The notes under the pieces were generated by a model that was given only the letters and a program-made list of their open reading frames with translations, was not told where the DNA came from and did not search any database. Shown here piece by piece: positions 30,401 to 39,376 of a stretch of 64,000 nt of DNA. The first letter of the stretch is position 1. Every line of letters begins with the position of its first letter. This DNA is from Deferribacteres bacterium (GTDB lineage: Bacteria > Zhuqueibacterota > Zhuqueibacteria > Zhuqueibacterales > Geothermadaptataceae): NCBI GenBank assembly GCA_020633655.1, contig JACKDF010000003.1, positions 405,989 through 469,988 on the forward strand. The letters are read 5' to 3'. The position numbers and the translations under genes are program-made.

Positions 30401-31920
30401 TCGACGCCATCAAACTGCAAACCATTCGCCACATAGCCACCGGACCAGGAAATACCATTCATCATGTTACCATCATTCCCATTTCCGGAAATATCCATAA
30501 GTGTAGTCCCCTCACCCTGATCAAAATCCCAGGCACCAATCGTTTGGTCCAGCAGTGGATTGTACTCAAACTGAACGACAACCGGATTGACGATTACATT
30601 CGGTATAACGGCGAGATCGGAGATGCCGTTTACACTTAAATTATACTGTACTCCTGTGGACAGGCTCGACGTTTTGAGTAAAACAGAAGTTGAATCAAGT
30701 GACAGGGTTGCACTGTTTACGACAACATCGTTATCGATCTGATAATTGGCTACTTCTTCTGCACCCGACTTATCAACGCGCTCATTAAACTCAACGACTA
30801 CAACATTATCTGGGCCGAATGCACTAATGGCGCCGACATCCGGAGCTTGTTTATCGGCTTCCGTGGTGGCACTCAGTTCATTGCTGTAATTCAGACTTGT
30901 GAGTCCCGCGGTGTTCATCGCTTTGATACGATAGTAAAAGGTGGCTTCTTCACTCATCGTATCATCAATATAACTCGTTGTATCACCAACTGTTGTCAGC
31001 AAGGTCGTCGCATTTTCAGCTGTGTCCCGATAAATTTCGTATCCGCTGATTCCTCCTTCAGCATCTGTCGCAGGCTCCCAACTGAGTCGAACTTTCGTAA
31101 TATTTACTTTGGCCCCTGTAAGAACGACATCCGAAGGCGGAGTTTCATCCATGACAGCAATGGCGGTATGTGGATTATCAGTGGTAATACCATCGACGCC
31201 GATGGCGACCAGGTTACGCATTTCTTCAGCAGAGTTTACTGTCCATTTATTCATGAACATACCTCTGGCGTGTGTTGAATCCAGTAAGGCCTGGGTAACA
31301 CCACCGCCAGTACCAAGCCACTCTCCACCGATTGCTTCCACCTGTTTAATTTGAGTTATGGTAACCGTTGCGAAGAGCATTACGGGGATGGATGGGTCGA
31401 TGGATTTTGCCTCAGAGATTTGATCAAGATTAAAACTGGCAATGACAACCTGGTCCTGCATATTTCGGGCTTGAATGGCATCAATTACCCTTTGCACGAG
31501 CGTTGTCGTATTCGCCTTCAATTCGATCACAACATTAATTTTGTTTGGATCATTCAAGGCTAAATTAAGAACTTCATTTAAGGTTGGTATTTGTTGCCCG
31601 GTAAATTCAGATCCAAACCAGGAACCGGCATCGTAGCGACGGAGGGTCGCATAGGGCAGTGCAACAATATTTCCGGATCCATTTGTTGTGCGGTCAATCG
31701 ACTCGTCATGCATAATTAAAAGGGAATCATCTGATGAGACTCGTACATCAACTTCGAAATAATCAGCCCCTAATTCAATCGCCTTCCGGCATGCCGCCAG
31801 CGTATTTTCTGGTGCAAGCCCCGCTGCACCACGATGCGAAATAACCGCCGTCGATGCTTCCATTATAAATGATGATGCAAAGAACATAAACAGCAAAAAG
31901 ATCGGTTTGTAAAATCGCAT
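27475..31920 (-). CDS. T9SS cargo: glycerophosphodiester phosphodiesterase domain + FN3 + three tandem [Ig-like + LamG/concanavalin-like] modules
   Basis: GDPD motifs ISHRGAAGLAPENTL, YFEVDVRVSSDDSLLIMHDESIDRTTNG. Two FN3 domains (LSWEP...GYEIYRD...FYYRIKA). Three LamG_3-like modules carry DGVDDYV.., NNELRFKV, EWLH..GVYDG....IYLNG (about 29935-30540, 28999-29604, 27799-28398). CTD is SQNYPNPFNPTTTLFYSI...TIYDAIGRVV...GIYLYRIQA...KKMILVR. ATG at 31920 has GGAGA 7 nt upstream; the track start at 31926 is TTG. Confidence 0.85.
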   Translation of the reverse strand: MRFYKPIFLLFMFFASSFIMEASTAVISHRGAAGLAPENTLAACRKAIELGADYFEVDVRVSSDDSLLIMHDESIDRTTNGSGNIVALPYATLRRYDAGSWFGSEFTGQQIPTLNEVLNLALNDPNKINVVIELKANTTTLVQRVIDAIQARNMQDQVVIASFNLDQISEAKSIDPSIPVMLFATVTITQIKQVEAIGGEWLGTGGGVTQALLDSTHARGMFMNKWTVNSAEEMRNLVAIGVDGITTDNPHTAIAVMDETPPSDVVLTGAKVNITKVRLSWEPATDAEGGISGYEIYRDTAENATTLLTTVGDTTSYIDDTMSEEATFYYRIKAMNTAGLTSLNYSNELSATTEADKQAPDVGAISAFGPDNVVVVEFNERVDKSGAEEVANYQIDNDVVVNSATLSLDSTSVLLKTSSLSTGVQYNLSVNGISDLAVIPNVIVNPVVVQFEYNPLLDQTIGAWDFDQGEGTTLMDISGNGNDGNMMNGISWSGGYVANGLQFDGVDDYVEFTNANLDVSGNAVSVSVWINLAYSIGELPVAYAPVFDSDADNYVIYGDKGNNELRFKVSTDVSAERPGIPGADITANEWLHVVGVYDGATAQIYLNGELKDSHNLTGNVRTGQLAFLGRTGAVYFEGRMDNVFVFDRALTEEEINFLFSSAKKQFIDTIAPEIDNVASVGSDQTVYVHFNEKVSVFSAETISNYAIDNGVTIMDAKITADRSAVILTTSPLLEDVAYTITVSNIEDQAEEPNVIEQGTQIHFSNKRTPENLVSYWSLDEGADTTAYDATANSNNGTLKNGTVWADSKFGNGLLFDGVDDYVLIPSTTSLNIDTNAVTLSVWAKLDYLPADLPGPYGPIYDSDTDNYVIYMDRGNNELRFKVTTVTGAQRPGIPADALTTGEWLHIAGVYDGVAAKIYLNGKLQDTLPLTGNIKTNSGDIFLGRTGTTYFSGGIDHIQIFDRALNAQEVVYLYSGTPTPVLSLDKVEESTVSLSWEYMPDPVSGVSGYHIYRDTTAAATTLIATVGDTTAYTDIAGQELDDFYYRIKAIDANGVESDYFSNEVIATTGADNTPPALVKVSTTGEPEKVLVNFSEPVDSVLAESISNYAIDNGAVINAAKISAQKANVLLSVTGLTPETDFTLTVNNITDLATVPNTIASDTKALFQFYPYLGSLISYWPLDEGMDTLAADVTGNGNNGILQNGPQWVDGVFGNALSFDGVDDQVEITNSILNIDSNAVSVSLWVKLAILPPDLPGSFGPIFDSETDNYVIYEDRGNNELRFKVTTFNGAERPGIPGAELVKDEWMNVIGVYDGAEARVYLNGVLKDTHPLTGNVKPGDIVTMGYSLSTFFKGCIDNIYVFDRALSDDEITYLATGENYPTSVHVAEAVPTDYSLSQNYPNPFNPTTTLFYSIPQKEHVTITIYDAIGRVVRQLINEKREPGTYRVVWDGRSQIGHPVTSGIYLYRIQAGRFTATKKMILVR

Positions 31921-32080
31921 TTTCAATTCTCCTTTAATGCTAAATTATTACGGACAACGAATTTTATAACCGCCAAATTTACGTTTCACGTTTGTAAAAA
32001 TCTCGGCGAATAGTAACAAAATGTAGAACTATTGTAACAAGGAGCATTAACCTGTTTTATTCTCAGACACCAGGATTGGG

Positions 32081-32186
32081 GGCCGAGTCAAAACATGTAA
32101 CGCGACATTCATGTCGCGCATTTTTGAGCTCAAACTTACAAGATAAATGTCGAGTTACCGCCATTAAATCATGTTTTAACTCAGCC
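32081..32186. repeat. 106-nt nested inverted-repeat element in the intergenic region
   Basis: GGCCGAGTCAAAACATG (32081-32097) against CATGTTTTAACTCAGCC (32170-32186) pairs 15/17. Both mismatches become G-U pairs only if transcribed from the minus strand. The inner hairpin CGCGACA-TTCA-TGTCGCG (32101-32118) is flanked by T/A runs. Confidence 0.6.
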
Positions 32187-32261
32187 TGAATCATTCACAT
32201 TGAGCGTTATATGAGTAAAGCAGGTTAAAAGCAGGAAAGCCGAAATAAAATCGAGATATTT

Positions 32262-35200
32262 TTAAATTTTTAATTTGCTGGCAAGATGTTCAGAAGGAGA
32301 TTTCCCAAACTGTTGGCGAAAACAGCGACCAAAATACGTCAGGTCTTTGAAACCAACGGAATATGCTACTTCGGTGACAGTGATCCTTTTTTGTGTCAGC
32401 AATTGTTCAGCACGTTTTAACCGAACTCCACGGATAAATTCATGCACAGTCTGATTGGTTAGCGCTCGAATTTTTCTGTACAATTGCATCCGGCTCATAC
32501 CTATTAATTTACTCAGACTTTCTGCATTAAATTCTGGATCAGCGATATTTTCTTCCAAAATTTCCATAGCCCGTTTAAGGAACTTTTCATCGATCGTTGT
32601 GATTTGAACTTTATCTGGATTTAAGAAAAGATCAGCATGAAATCGCTCACGCAATATTTTCCTGTTTTCCAAAAGACTATTCACATGTGCGATGATGACA
32701 TCCATATTGAACGGTTTGGTTTCGTAGACATCTGCGCCGTGTTTTAAGCCTTTAATGCGATCTTTATCCGAGGCTAAGGCTGTCAGTAAAATGACCGGAA
32801 TGTGGCTTGTCCGCTCATCTTTTTTGATCTTTTCGCATAATTCAAAGCCATCCATTTTCGGCATAAGAAAATCGGAAATGATGATATCAGGAACAACTTC
32901 CAGCGCAGAATCCAATCCTTCTTGCCCATCCACAGCCTCAAAAATGCGAAAATCCGGGCGAAAAGAATCTGCTATATAGGCACGCAACTCGGGATCATCT
33001 TCAACGATAAGCAATGCTGTCGTTGGAAATTCTCCCCCATTTTGATGATTCACAGCTGTCGGTATTTTTTTATATGCCTGGTCCTGATTAAAAAATTCAT
33101 CGATGGGATGCAAATCCATCTCACCAACCAGCTGATTTTGCTCCAGAAAATCAACATCCACCGGCAACCACACCGTGAACAAACTTCCCTGACCTAAACT
33201 ACTCGATACGGAAATTTCACCCTCATAAATTTTGATAAGTTCATAAAGCAACGCCATCCCAACACCACTCCCCTGATAACGCGAAACAGGATTGTTTTTC
33301 ACCTGATAAAATCGTTGAAATATATTGTCGATTTCCACTTCCGGAATACCTGCACCCGAATCACGTACAGCAATTTTTAAGTAGTTTGCAGCTTTATTCT
33401 CAGCAGTGTGCTTTTCATGAAAAGTGATTTCATCCCCTGCTTTCACATCCAGACTTAATGATATTTTTCCGGCATCTGGCGTAAACTTGAAAGCATTGGA
33501 CAAGAGATTGTAGATTATTTTATCGATTTTGTCGGGATCAAACCAGGTTGTGTAATGTTGAATCTCTGATTTTATTGTAAAATCAATAGTGCGAATAGTC
33601 GCAAATTCTGAGAAGGAAGCGGCTGTCTTTTCTATAAATGAAATAATATCCCCACGCGATAATTCCAGTTTTAAATTGCCCGCTTCGATTTTCTGAACAT
33701 CCATAACTTGATTGGTGATGCGAAGCAGGCGTTTTGCGTTACGATAAATCAGTGCAATTGAATTTAAGTTTTCCTGTGTAGATTCTTTCGATTGCAGCAC
33801 GTGCTGTAAAGGGCTTAAAATCAATGTAATTGGAGTTCGGATTTCATGGTATAAATTTGTGTAAAAGCGGGATTTTGCCTGATCCAATTCGTACATTTTT
33901 TCAAGTTCAAAATGTTCCAATTTCAAGGCATTTTTAAGTTTTTCCCGCAAGAGGATATGGCGCACAACGAAATAAATCGTAGCCCCCACAAGAAGGATGT
34001 AAGTCAAATACGCCCACCATGTTTTCCAAAATGGAGGCAAAACAGTGAGTTTGATCGCCACTCCTTTTTCATTCCAAACAGCATCATTATTGGATCCTTT
34101 TACGCGAAAATTGTATTCACCGGCATCAAGGTTCGTGTAAACCGCCGTTCGTTTTGCACCGACATAGTTCCATTCCTTTTCAAAACCTTCCAATTTATAA
34201 GCGTACTGATTTTTTCCAGGCAGAATATAATTAAGCGCAGTAAATTGAAAAGATAACACGGACTGATCATGAGATAATTTCATTTCACTGGTTTCAGAAA
34301 TATGTCTGTGTATGGGCGAATCAGGAGCGCCGATTTGCACAGGTTTATTGAATATGTGGAAATCCGTAATTACAATCGGTGGAATATAGGGATTCCGGTC
34401 GATTCGATCCGGGAAAAAAGTATTGAATCCATTGATGCCACCAACAAAGATTTCACCATCCTTTGTACGGTATATGCTTCGTGTATAAAATTCATTATCC
34501 TGCAAACCATCGGAGGCATCGAAATTTTTAAACACGTTCCGTTCAGGATCGAATTGTGCAATCCCCTTGTTGGTACTGATCCAAAGCATTCCCTTACGAT
34601 CTTCTATTATTCCTTTCACAAAATTATTTGGCAGCCCGTCATCGGTGGAAAATCGTGTAAAGGAATTTGAGCCGCGATCAAAACGGTTCAAACCCTGGGA
34701 TGTTCCTACCCACAAAGTTGAATCATGCGCTTCAAATAGAGAAACTACAAATCCCTTGGATAAGCTGGTTGTATCCTTTTGTTGGTGGTAAAAGTTCGTA
34801 AAAGTTTTTGTATCGACATTAAGGTAATTAAGCCCATTATTCGAACCGATCCACAGATTTCCCGAGAAATCTTCGATTATACTGTTCACCAGATTATCCG
34901 ATAAGCCACTATTTACCTCCGAATAAACCCGAAATCGTTTTTCGCCATAAGGCAAGTAGCTCAAGCCTTCACCGTAGGTACAAATCCACAGGGTTTTATG
35001 CTTATCCTGGCACATACCAAAAATATTGTCCGATGCGAGCCCTGAGTTTTGCCTGTTGAACTGTTTGAAATCCCGATCAACCACATCAAACAGGAATAAT
35101 CCCGATCGCCAGGTTCCGATCCAGAAATTGCTGTCACTATCTTCATAAAGCGCTAAGACTGCATCGCTCTTTAAATTGCTGTTTTCTGTTGTAAAATGTG

Positions 35201-36398
35201 CAAAAGTTCCTTGTTCACGATTAAACAAATCCAAACCACCGCCATCCGTAGCAACCCAAATCCGGCCATTTTTATCTTCAAAAAAGCTTGAAACAGCATT
35301 GTATCCCAGGCTTGTGGCATCGCCTTGTTGGTTGCTGAAATGACTGAAAAAATTATTATACCGGGGTAGCATATAAATCCCCCCCGCGAATGTACCTATC
35401 CACAGGTTGCCGGTTCTGTCGCTGTACAAGGACCAGATAGAACGATGGTTCAATCCTTCCTTATCACCACGTGCAGTCTTTTGCTCGACTGACATCCCTG
35501 AATCGGGTGAAAACTGAAAAAGACCGGCATCTTCGGTGCCGATCCATAAATTTTCACGATCGTCAAAAACGAGGGAAAGAATGACATTGCTATACAAGGG
35601 TGAATTTTTTTTGGCAGTAGCTGTAAAATGTTTGATGGTATCTTTTCGACCGTTCCTGTCACGAATCACATAAAGTCCATCACCTTGTGTGCCCACCCAG
35701 AGGGAGCCGTCGGCTTTCTCAACGATACTTGTAATCGAAGAATTGCTAAATCTTGATCCATTGTTTACAACAGGATCCAATTTATCCCGAGCGATATCAT
35801 AGACATACAACGCTCCTGACCACGTCCCAATCCATAAATTCTGCCGGCTGTCAACAAACAATTTGCGCATCGTGGTACTGGCAATGCGTTTTTGGTAATG
35901 CGTATTTGGGGAGAAAGGTTCAAATATTTCTTTGGTACGGTGAGAGCGTAGCAATCCATTATTCGCAGTGGTTACCCAAACATTTCCGAGTGAATCTCCA
36001 GAGATGGAGCGTATGCTTGTCAGGCCTGGTATTTCCGTTGTAAATCGCTGAAAACGATCAAAGTTACGGTCATATAAATTCAGGCCTTCCCGTGTACCAA
36101 TCCACAGGTTTTTCTCAACGTCTTCGTAGATCGTCCAGATGCAATTATCACTGATTGTGGTTGAATCATTTGGGTGAAAGTGGTAGGTCGTAAAGGTGGA
36201 ACCATCGTATTTGTTGAGGCCATCATAGGTGCCAAACCAGAGAAAACCCCGGGCATCCTGAAGAATGCACGTTATAATACCCTGGGACAAACCATTTCTT
36301 GTTGTGAAATGGGTATATTGGGTATTTTTATACTCAGCAAAAAGTACATTTATCAACATTAAGCAGGAAAACAAGTAAATTTTACTTCGCATATGCAC
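32262..36398 (-). CDS. Hybrid two-component system regulator (periplasmic beta-propeller sensor + Y_Y_Y + HisKA/HATPase + REC + AraC HTH)
   Basis: Many Reg_prop repeats (LWIGT..GL..YD pattern), TM WWAYLTYILLVGATIYFVV, H-box YHEIRTPITLI, GSGVGMALL, REC LLIVEDDPELR...DFLMPKMDG, and a C-terminal AraC-type HTH (VAYSVGFKDLTYFGRCFRQQFGKSPSE). Confidence 0.9.
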   Translation of the reverse strand: MHMRSKIYLFSCLMLINVLFAEYKNTQYTHFTTRNGLSQGIITCILQDARGFLWFGTYDGLNKYDGSTFTTYHFHPNDSTTISDNCIWTIYEDVEKNLWIGTREGLNLYDRNFDRFQRFTTEIPGLTSIRSISGDSLGNVWVTTANNGLLRSHRTKEIFEPFSPNTHYQKRIASTTMRKLFVDSRQNLWIGTWSGALYVYDIARDKLDPVVNNGSRFSNSSITSIVEKADGSLWVGTQGDGLYVIRDRNGRKDTIKHFTATAKKNSPLYSNVILSLVFDDRENLWIGTEDAGLFQFSPDSGMSVEQKTARGDKEGLNHRSIWSLYSDRTGNLWIGTFAGGIYMLPRYNNFFSHFSNQQGDATSLGYNAVSSFFEDKNGRIWVATDGGGLDLFNREQGTFAHFTTENSNLKSDAVLALYEDSDSNFWIGTWRSGLFLFDVVDRDFKQFNRQNSGLASDNIFGMCQDKHKTLWICTYGEGLSYLPYGEKRFRVYSEVNSGLSDNLVNSIIEDFSGNLWIGSNNGLNYLNVDTKTFTNFYHQQKDTTSLSKGFVVSLFEAHDSTLWVGTSQGLNRFDRGSNSFTRFSTDDGLPNNFVKGIIEDRKGMLWISTNKGIAQFDPERNVFKNFDASDGLQDNEFYTRSIYRTKDGEIFVGGINGFNTFFPDRIDRNPYIPPIVITDFHIFNKPVQIGAPDSPIHRHISETSEMKLSHDQSVLSFQFTALNYILPGKNQYAYKLEGFEKEWNYVGAKRTAVYTNLDAGEYNFRVKGSNNDAVWNEKGVAIKLTVLPPFWKTWWAYLTYILLVGATIYFVVRHILLREKLKNALKLEHFELEKMYELDQAKSRFYTNLYHEIRTPITLILSPLQHVLQSKESTQENLNSIALIYRNAKRLLRITNQVMDVQKIEAGNLKLELSRGDIISFIEKTAASFSEFATIRTIDFTIKSEIQHYTTWFDPDKIDKIIYNLLSNAFKFTPDAGKISLSLDVKAGDEITFHEKHTAENKAANYLKIAVRDSGAGIPEVEIDNIFQRFYQVKNNPVSRYQGSGVGMALLYELIKIYEGEISVSSSLGQGSLFTVWLPVDVDFLEQNQLVGEMDLHPIDEFFNQDQAYKKIPTAVNHQNGGEFPTTALLIVEDDPELRAYIADSFRPDFRIFEAVDGQEGLDSALEVVPDIIISDFLMPKMDGFELCEKIKKDERTSHIPVILLTALASDKDRIKGLKHGADVYETKPFNMDVIIAHVNSLLENRKILRERFHADLFLNPDKVQITTIDEKFLKRAMEILEENIADPEFNAESLSKLIGMSRMQLYRKIRALTNQTVHEFIRGVRLKRAEQLLTQKRITVTEVAYSVGFKDLTYFGRCFRQQFGKSPSEHLASKLKI

Positions 36399-36593
36399 TT
36401 TTTATAATTCTTATACTCCCTTTGGTCGCAGTGATTTGTGAATCATAATAAAAGCATTTCTCAAACCAAAAAAAATGGATTTGCGTCGTTTTTCTTGAGG
36501 GGGAGATACAAGCTGTTTCGAAAAATCAAGACATCTTTTATTTGAAATGAGACAGTAAATTTCGATCAATCTATATTGAATTAACTCTCCAAT

Positions 36594-36693
36594 GTCATTT
36601 CGATGCGCAATTTTTGCTGAGAAATCTTATTGATAACATGGTATAGGACCAACCATACAAGATTTCTCAGCTTAAAAGCGCTTCAAAAATGAC
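36594..36693. repeat. 100-nt extended palindromic element
   Basis: Perfect 13-bp arms GCTGAGAAATCTT (36616-36628) / AAGATTTCTCAGC (36659-36671). An inner ATGGT..ACCAT stem and imperfect outer arms GTCATTTCGATGCGC / GCGCTTCAAAAATGAC are also present. It lies 37 nt downstream of the decarboxylase stop. Confidence 0.6.
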
Positions 36694-36729
36694 AAGATTA
36701 GGAATTTTTGATTAATTTCGCACGACTGG

Positions 36730-38199
36730 TCATTTTTTAAACTGCAATGCCAATTCCTTCCCGATGCGAACAACTTCATCCACCATCATTTCAAAGTCTT
36801 CATCCCGGCTACGGTGGTTGGCAATGCCAACACGCAGGCAGTAGTTGCCGTTGAGTGTGGTATAAGAGGGCACGCACACCCCGGATTCATGCAGGCGAAT
36901 GAGCAGTTCTTTGTTCAAATCATTAAGCCGCTCTGAGTCCAAATCACCCGAATTAAAGCGAAAACAGACAATATCCAATCCGACTGGCGCGGTCAATTCT
37001 AAAAGCGGATGGGCATTGACGAGCCGCGCGAGATAGTTCGCCTGGTCAACATTTTTTTGGATCATACGGCCAAATTTATCGAGCCCATGTTCTTTGACCG
37101 ACATCCAGACTTTGAGCGCGCGGAATTGCCGGGTCAGTTGCACACCGTACTCACTAAACCAATGTTGCCCTGCAGCAAGTCCACGAGTAGATTTGGCGAG
37201 ATATTCCGGTGTGAGTGAAAAAGTCTTTCGATGGGCTTCATCGTGGCGTACGACAACGCAACCCACTTCGATAGGCATATGCATCCATTTGTGCAGATCG
37301 AGGGCAACCGAATCGGCCCGCTCCATTCCTTTGAGCAATGGTTTGACTTTCTCGGCCAGTATGGCTACAGCGCCAATGGCACCGTCAACGTGAAACCACA
37401 GATTTTCCTGTGCGCACAAATCAGCCATAGCATTCAAGTCATCGATTGCACCAGTATTAATAGTTCCAGCATTGCCCACCACACAAACTGGTTGCAAGCC
37501 GGCTTTTCTATCGGCAATTACCGTGGATTTCAATTGCTCAAGATTGATTGTATAATCCCTATTGACAGGAATTTTATGCAGACTGTCACTGCCCATACCG
37601 AGCAATTCCAAATTCTTTTGCACGCTGCTGTGCACCTCGGAGGAGGCGTAGACGATCAAGTGCTTCGGTGCAGCCTGCATGCCGAATTTGCGAATGTCGA
37701 ATCCCGCTTTGGTATTACGGGCTATGGCAAGGCCAATAAAATTCGCCATGGAACCACCACTCACCAATAACCCGCTTGCATCGGAAGGAAAATTAAGAAT
37801 TTCTTTAACCCAGTTCACAACCTGTCCCTCGACCATGTTGGCCACATGGTTTCCGCCACCAAGATTGGGATTCATAACAGCACCAAGAAATTCTCCCAAT
37901 GCCCCAATGACCGTGCCCGCTCCCATATACCAGCCCCAAAAGCGTGGATGAATGTTACCCATGGGATAGGGCAAAATGCGCTCGAGAAATTCCTTGTAGA
38001 CTTGGGTGCTATCGGACGGTTTGCGAGGCGCGGTATCCGAGAAAGTTTTCGCTATTTCTTCGGGCACCTGTTGCCAAACCGGTCGATCACCAACATTTTC
38101 AAGGTACGATAGCGCATCATCAACCATTTGATGGGCTAAGGAACGCATGGACTCCCAATTTTCAGGGTCGAGAGATTCGAAGTGTTTTTTATCTTTCAT
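36730..38199 (-). CDS. Pyridoxal-phosphate-dependent (group II, aromatic-amino-acid/tyrosine-type) decarboxylase
   Basis: [22 protein letters not shown]-lysine motif [11 protein letters not shown]. Start at MKDKKHF (38199); the track extension to 38265 would run through a strong terminator hairpin. Confidence 0.85.
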   Translation of the reverse strand: MKDKKHFESLDPENWESMRSLAHQMVDDALSYLENVGDRPVWQQVPEEIAKTFSDTAPRKPSDSTQVYKEFLERILPYPMGNIHPRFWGWYMGAGTVIGALGEFLGAVMNPNLGGGNHVANMVEGQVVNWVKEILNFPSDASGLLVSGGSMANFIGLAIARNTKAGFDIRKFGMQAAPKHLIVYASSEVHSSVQKNLELLGMGSDSLHKIPVNRDYTINLEQLKSTVIADRKAGLQPVCVVGNAGTINTGAIDDLNAMADLCAQENLWFHVDGAIGAVAILAEKVKPLLKGMERADSVALDLHKWMHMPIEVGCVVVRHDEAHRKTFSLTPEYLAKSTRGLAAGQHWFSEYGVQLTRQFRALKVWMSVKEHGLDKFGRMIQKNVDQANYLARLVNAHPLLELTAPVGLDIVCFRFNSGDLDSERLNDLNKELLIRLHESGVCVPSYTTLNGNYCLRVGIANHRSRDEDFEMMVDEVVRIGKELALQFKK

Positions 38200-38220
38200 G
38201 AATTTTTCTCTTAAAATTTT

Positions 38221-38250
38221 ATAAAAACAAAAAAGGCTGTTTTCAGCCTT
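38221..38250 (-). terminator. Intrinsic terminator (minus strand) just upstream of the decarboxylase start
   Basis: Minus strand reads AAGGCUG-AAAA-CAGCCUU followed by UUUUGUUUUUAU. Stem at 38233-38250, A-run 38222-38234 on the plus strand. Confidence 0.65.
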
Positions 38251-38644
38251 GGGAATTGGACACAAATCTACACATTTTTTCTGTGTATGAAACAGGAATG
38301 GTTTTAGACTCCCTAAAAGAATTAAACGAATGGCCAGATTATGTGAAAGACCTCAGAAGTTGAATGAACTGTTTTCACACAGTCTGGACAAAAGTTCCAA
38401 TCTGCCAAAGCAGGATTGATAGTGATTTATTTTAGCCACTGATAGGAGCAATCCAGGGAATCCGGTCCCCACACCACTATTCGTATAAAAATATTTTCAA
38501 GACTCGATTCATTGACTGATTTACTGGTTTGCACATAATGATACATAGAGCAGCTTGTGCCACTCAGCAAATTTTCAGCACCTAAACGTGGTGAGGGAAC
38601 ACAAAAACAGGTCGTGTTTTGGGTCAGAATTCGGATACCGAAAC

Positions 38645-39196
38645 TTATTTAATTCGTTTGAAAATATGAAATCGTCCATTCAGACTCACGACTTCTGAAA
38701 CCTGGCCAGGTTTCAATTTTAAAATAGCATTCTCGATAGCGGGAGCGAAATCACCCGGATAAAATGAACCCAAATCACCACCACGCGCTGCGGTGACTTT
38801 GTCGAGTGATTTCTCCTTAGCAATTTTAGCGAAATCACCACCGGCACGAATTTGCGTTAAAACCTGGTCTGCAGAGGCCTGGTCATCGAGTACAATCATC
38901 GAGGCTTGTAAGGGATCGCCCTTAAGTCGGTTGTAATCCCCACTTAGCACAGATTTAGGCAGGAAGCCAGTGATGGCAATTTTCACCCACTCTTTTTCAG
39001 TATCAACCACGACCATCGGAGTGCCCTTGAGCAATTTCGTGATGGTCTTTGCGCTGGCGTTTGGCTCGGATAGAAGTGATGTGTTGTCTTTCAGTAAAAA
39101 AACGACTTTCCCCTTAAAAAAACTTTCTTCAGCAAGTGCAACGATGGTACTGGCTATTAAAATTCCAGTTATTATCCCCCATAAATACTTCTTCAT
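38645..39196 (-). CDS. Secreted SH3b-like + parvulin-type peptidyl-prolyl cis-trans isomerase
   Basis: N-terminal TM/signal. PpiC-type motif FAKIAKEKSLDKVTAARGGDLGSFYPGDFAPAIENAILKLKPGQVSEVVSLNGRFHIFKRI. Confidence 0.8.
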   Translation of the reverse strand: MKKYLWGIITGILIASTIVALAEESFFKGKVVFLLKDNTSLLSEPNASAKTITKLLKGTPMVVVDTEKEWVKIAITGFLPKSVLSGDYNRLKGDPLQASMIVLDDQASADQVLTQIRAGGDFAKIAKEKSLDKVTAARGGDLGSFYPGDFAPAIENAILKLKPGQVSEVVSLNGRFHIFKRIK

Positions 39197-39376
39197 TCTT
39201 CCTTCCTCCGATGATTAATCAACCTTTCACGAATGCAAAAAACTGCTGAAAAAACCTAAAAAACTCCAAAAAGCAACCAGCAGAAACGCTCGAATTTGAA
39301 TCGATTACCGGTCGTTTCTCGAAGTGGAATGATCTAAACAACACTTTTTTAAAAGCCATGACAGGTCTTATATTTC

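Noticed and set aside
37231-37770. 179-aa plus-strand ORF inside the decarboxylase gene.
   Set aside because: It is antisense to a full-length PLP-decarboxylase with an intact HK lysine motif. It has no RBS and no recognisable domain.
38200-38265. N-terminal 22-codon extension of the decarboxylase ORF (track start 38265).
   Set aside because: The extension would be translated through a strong terminator hairpin plus U-run (38221-38250). The conserved protein begins at MKDKKHF (38199).
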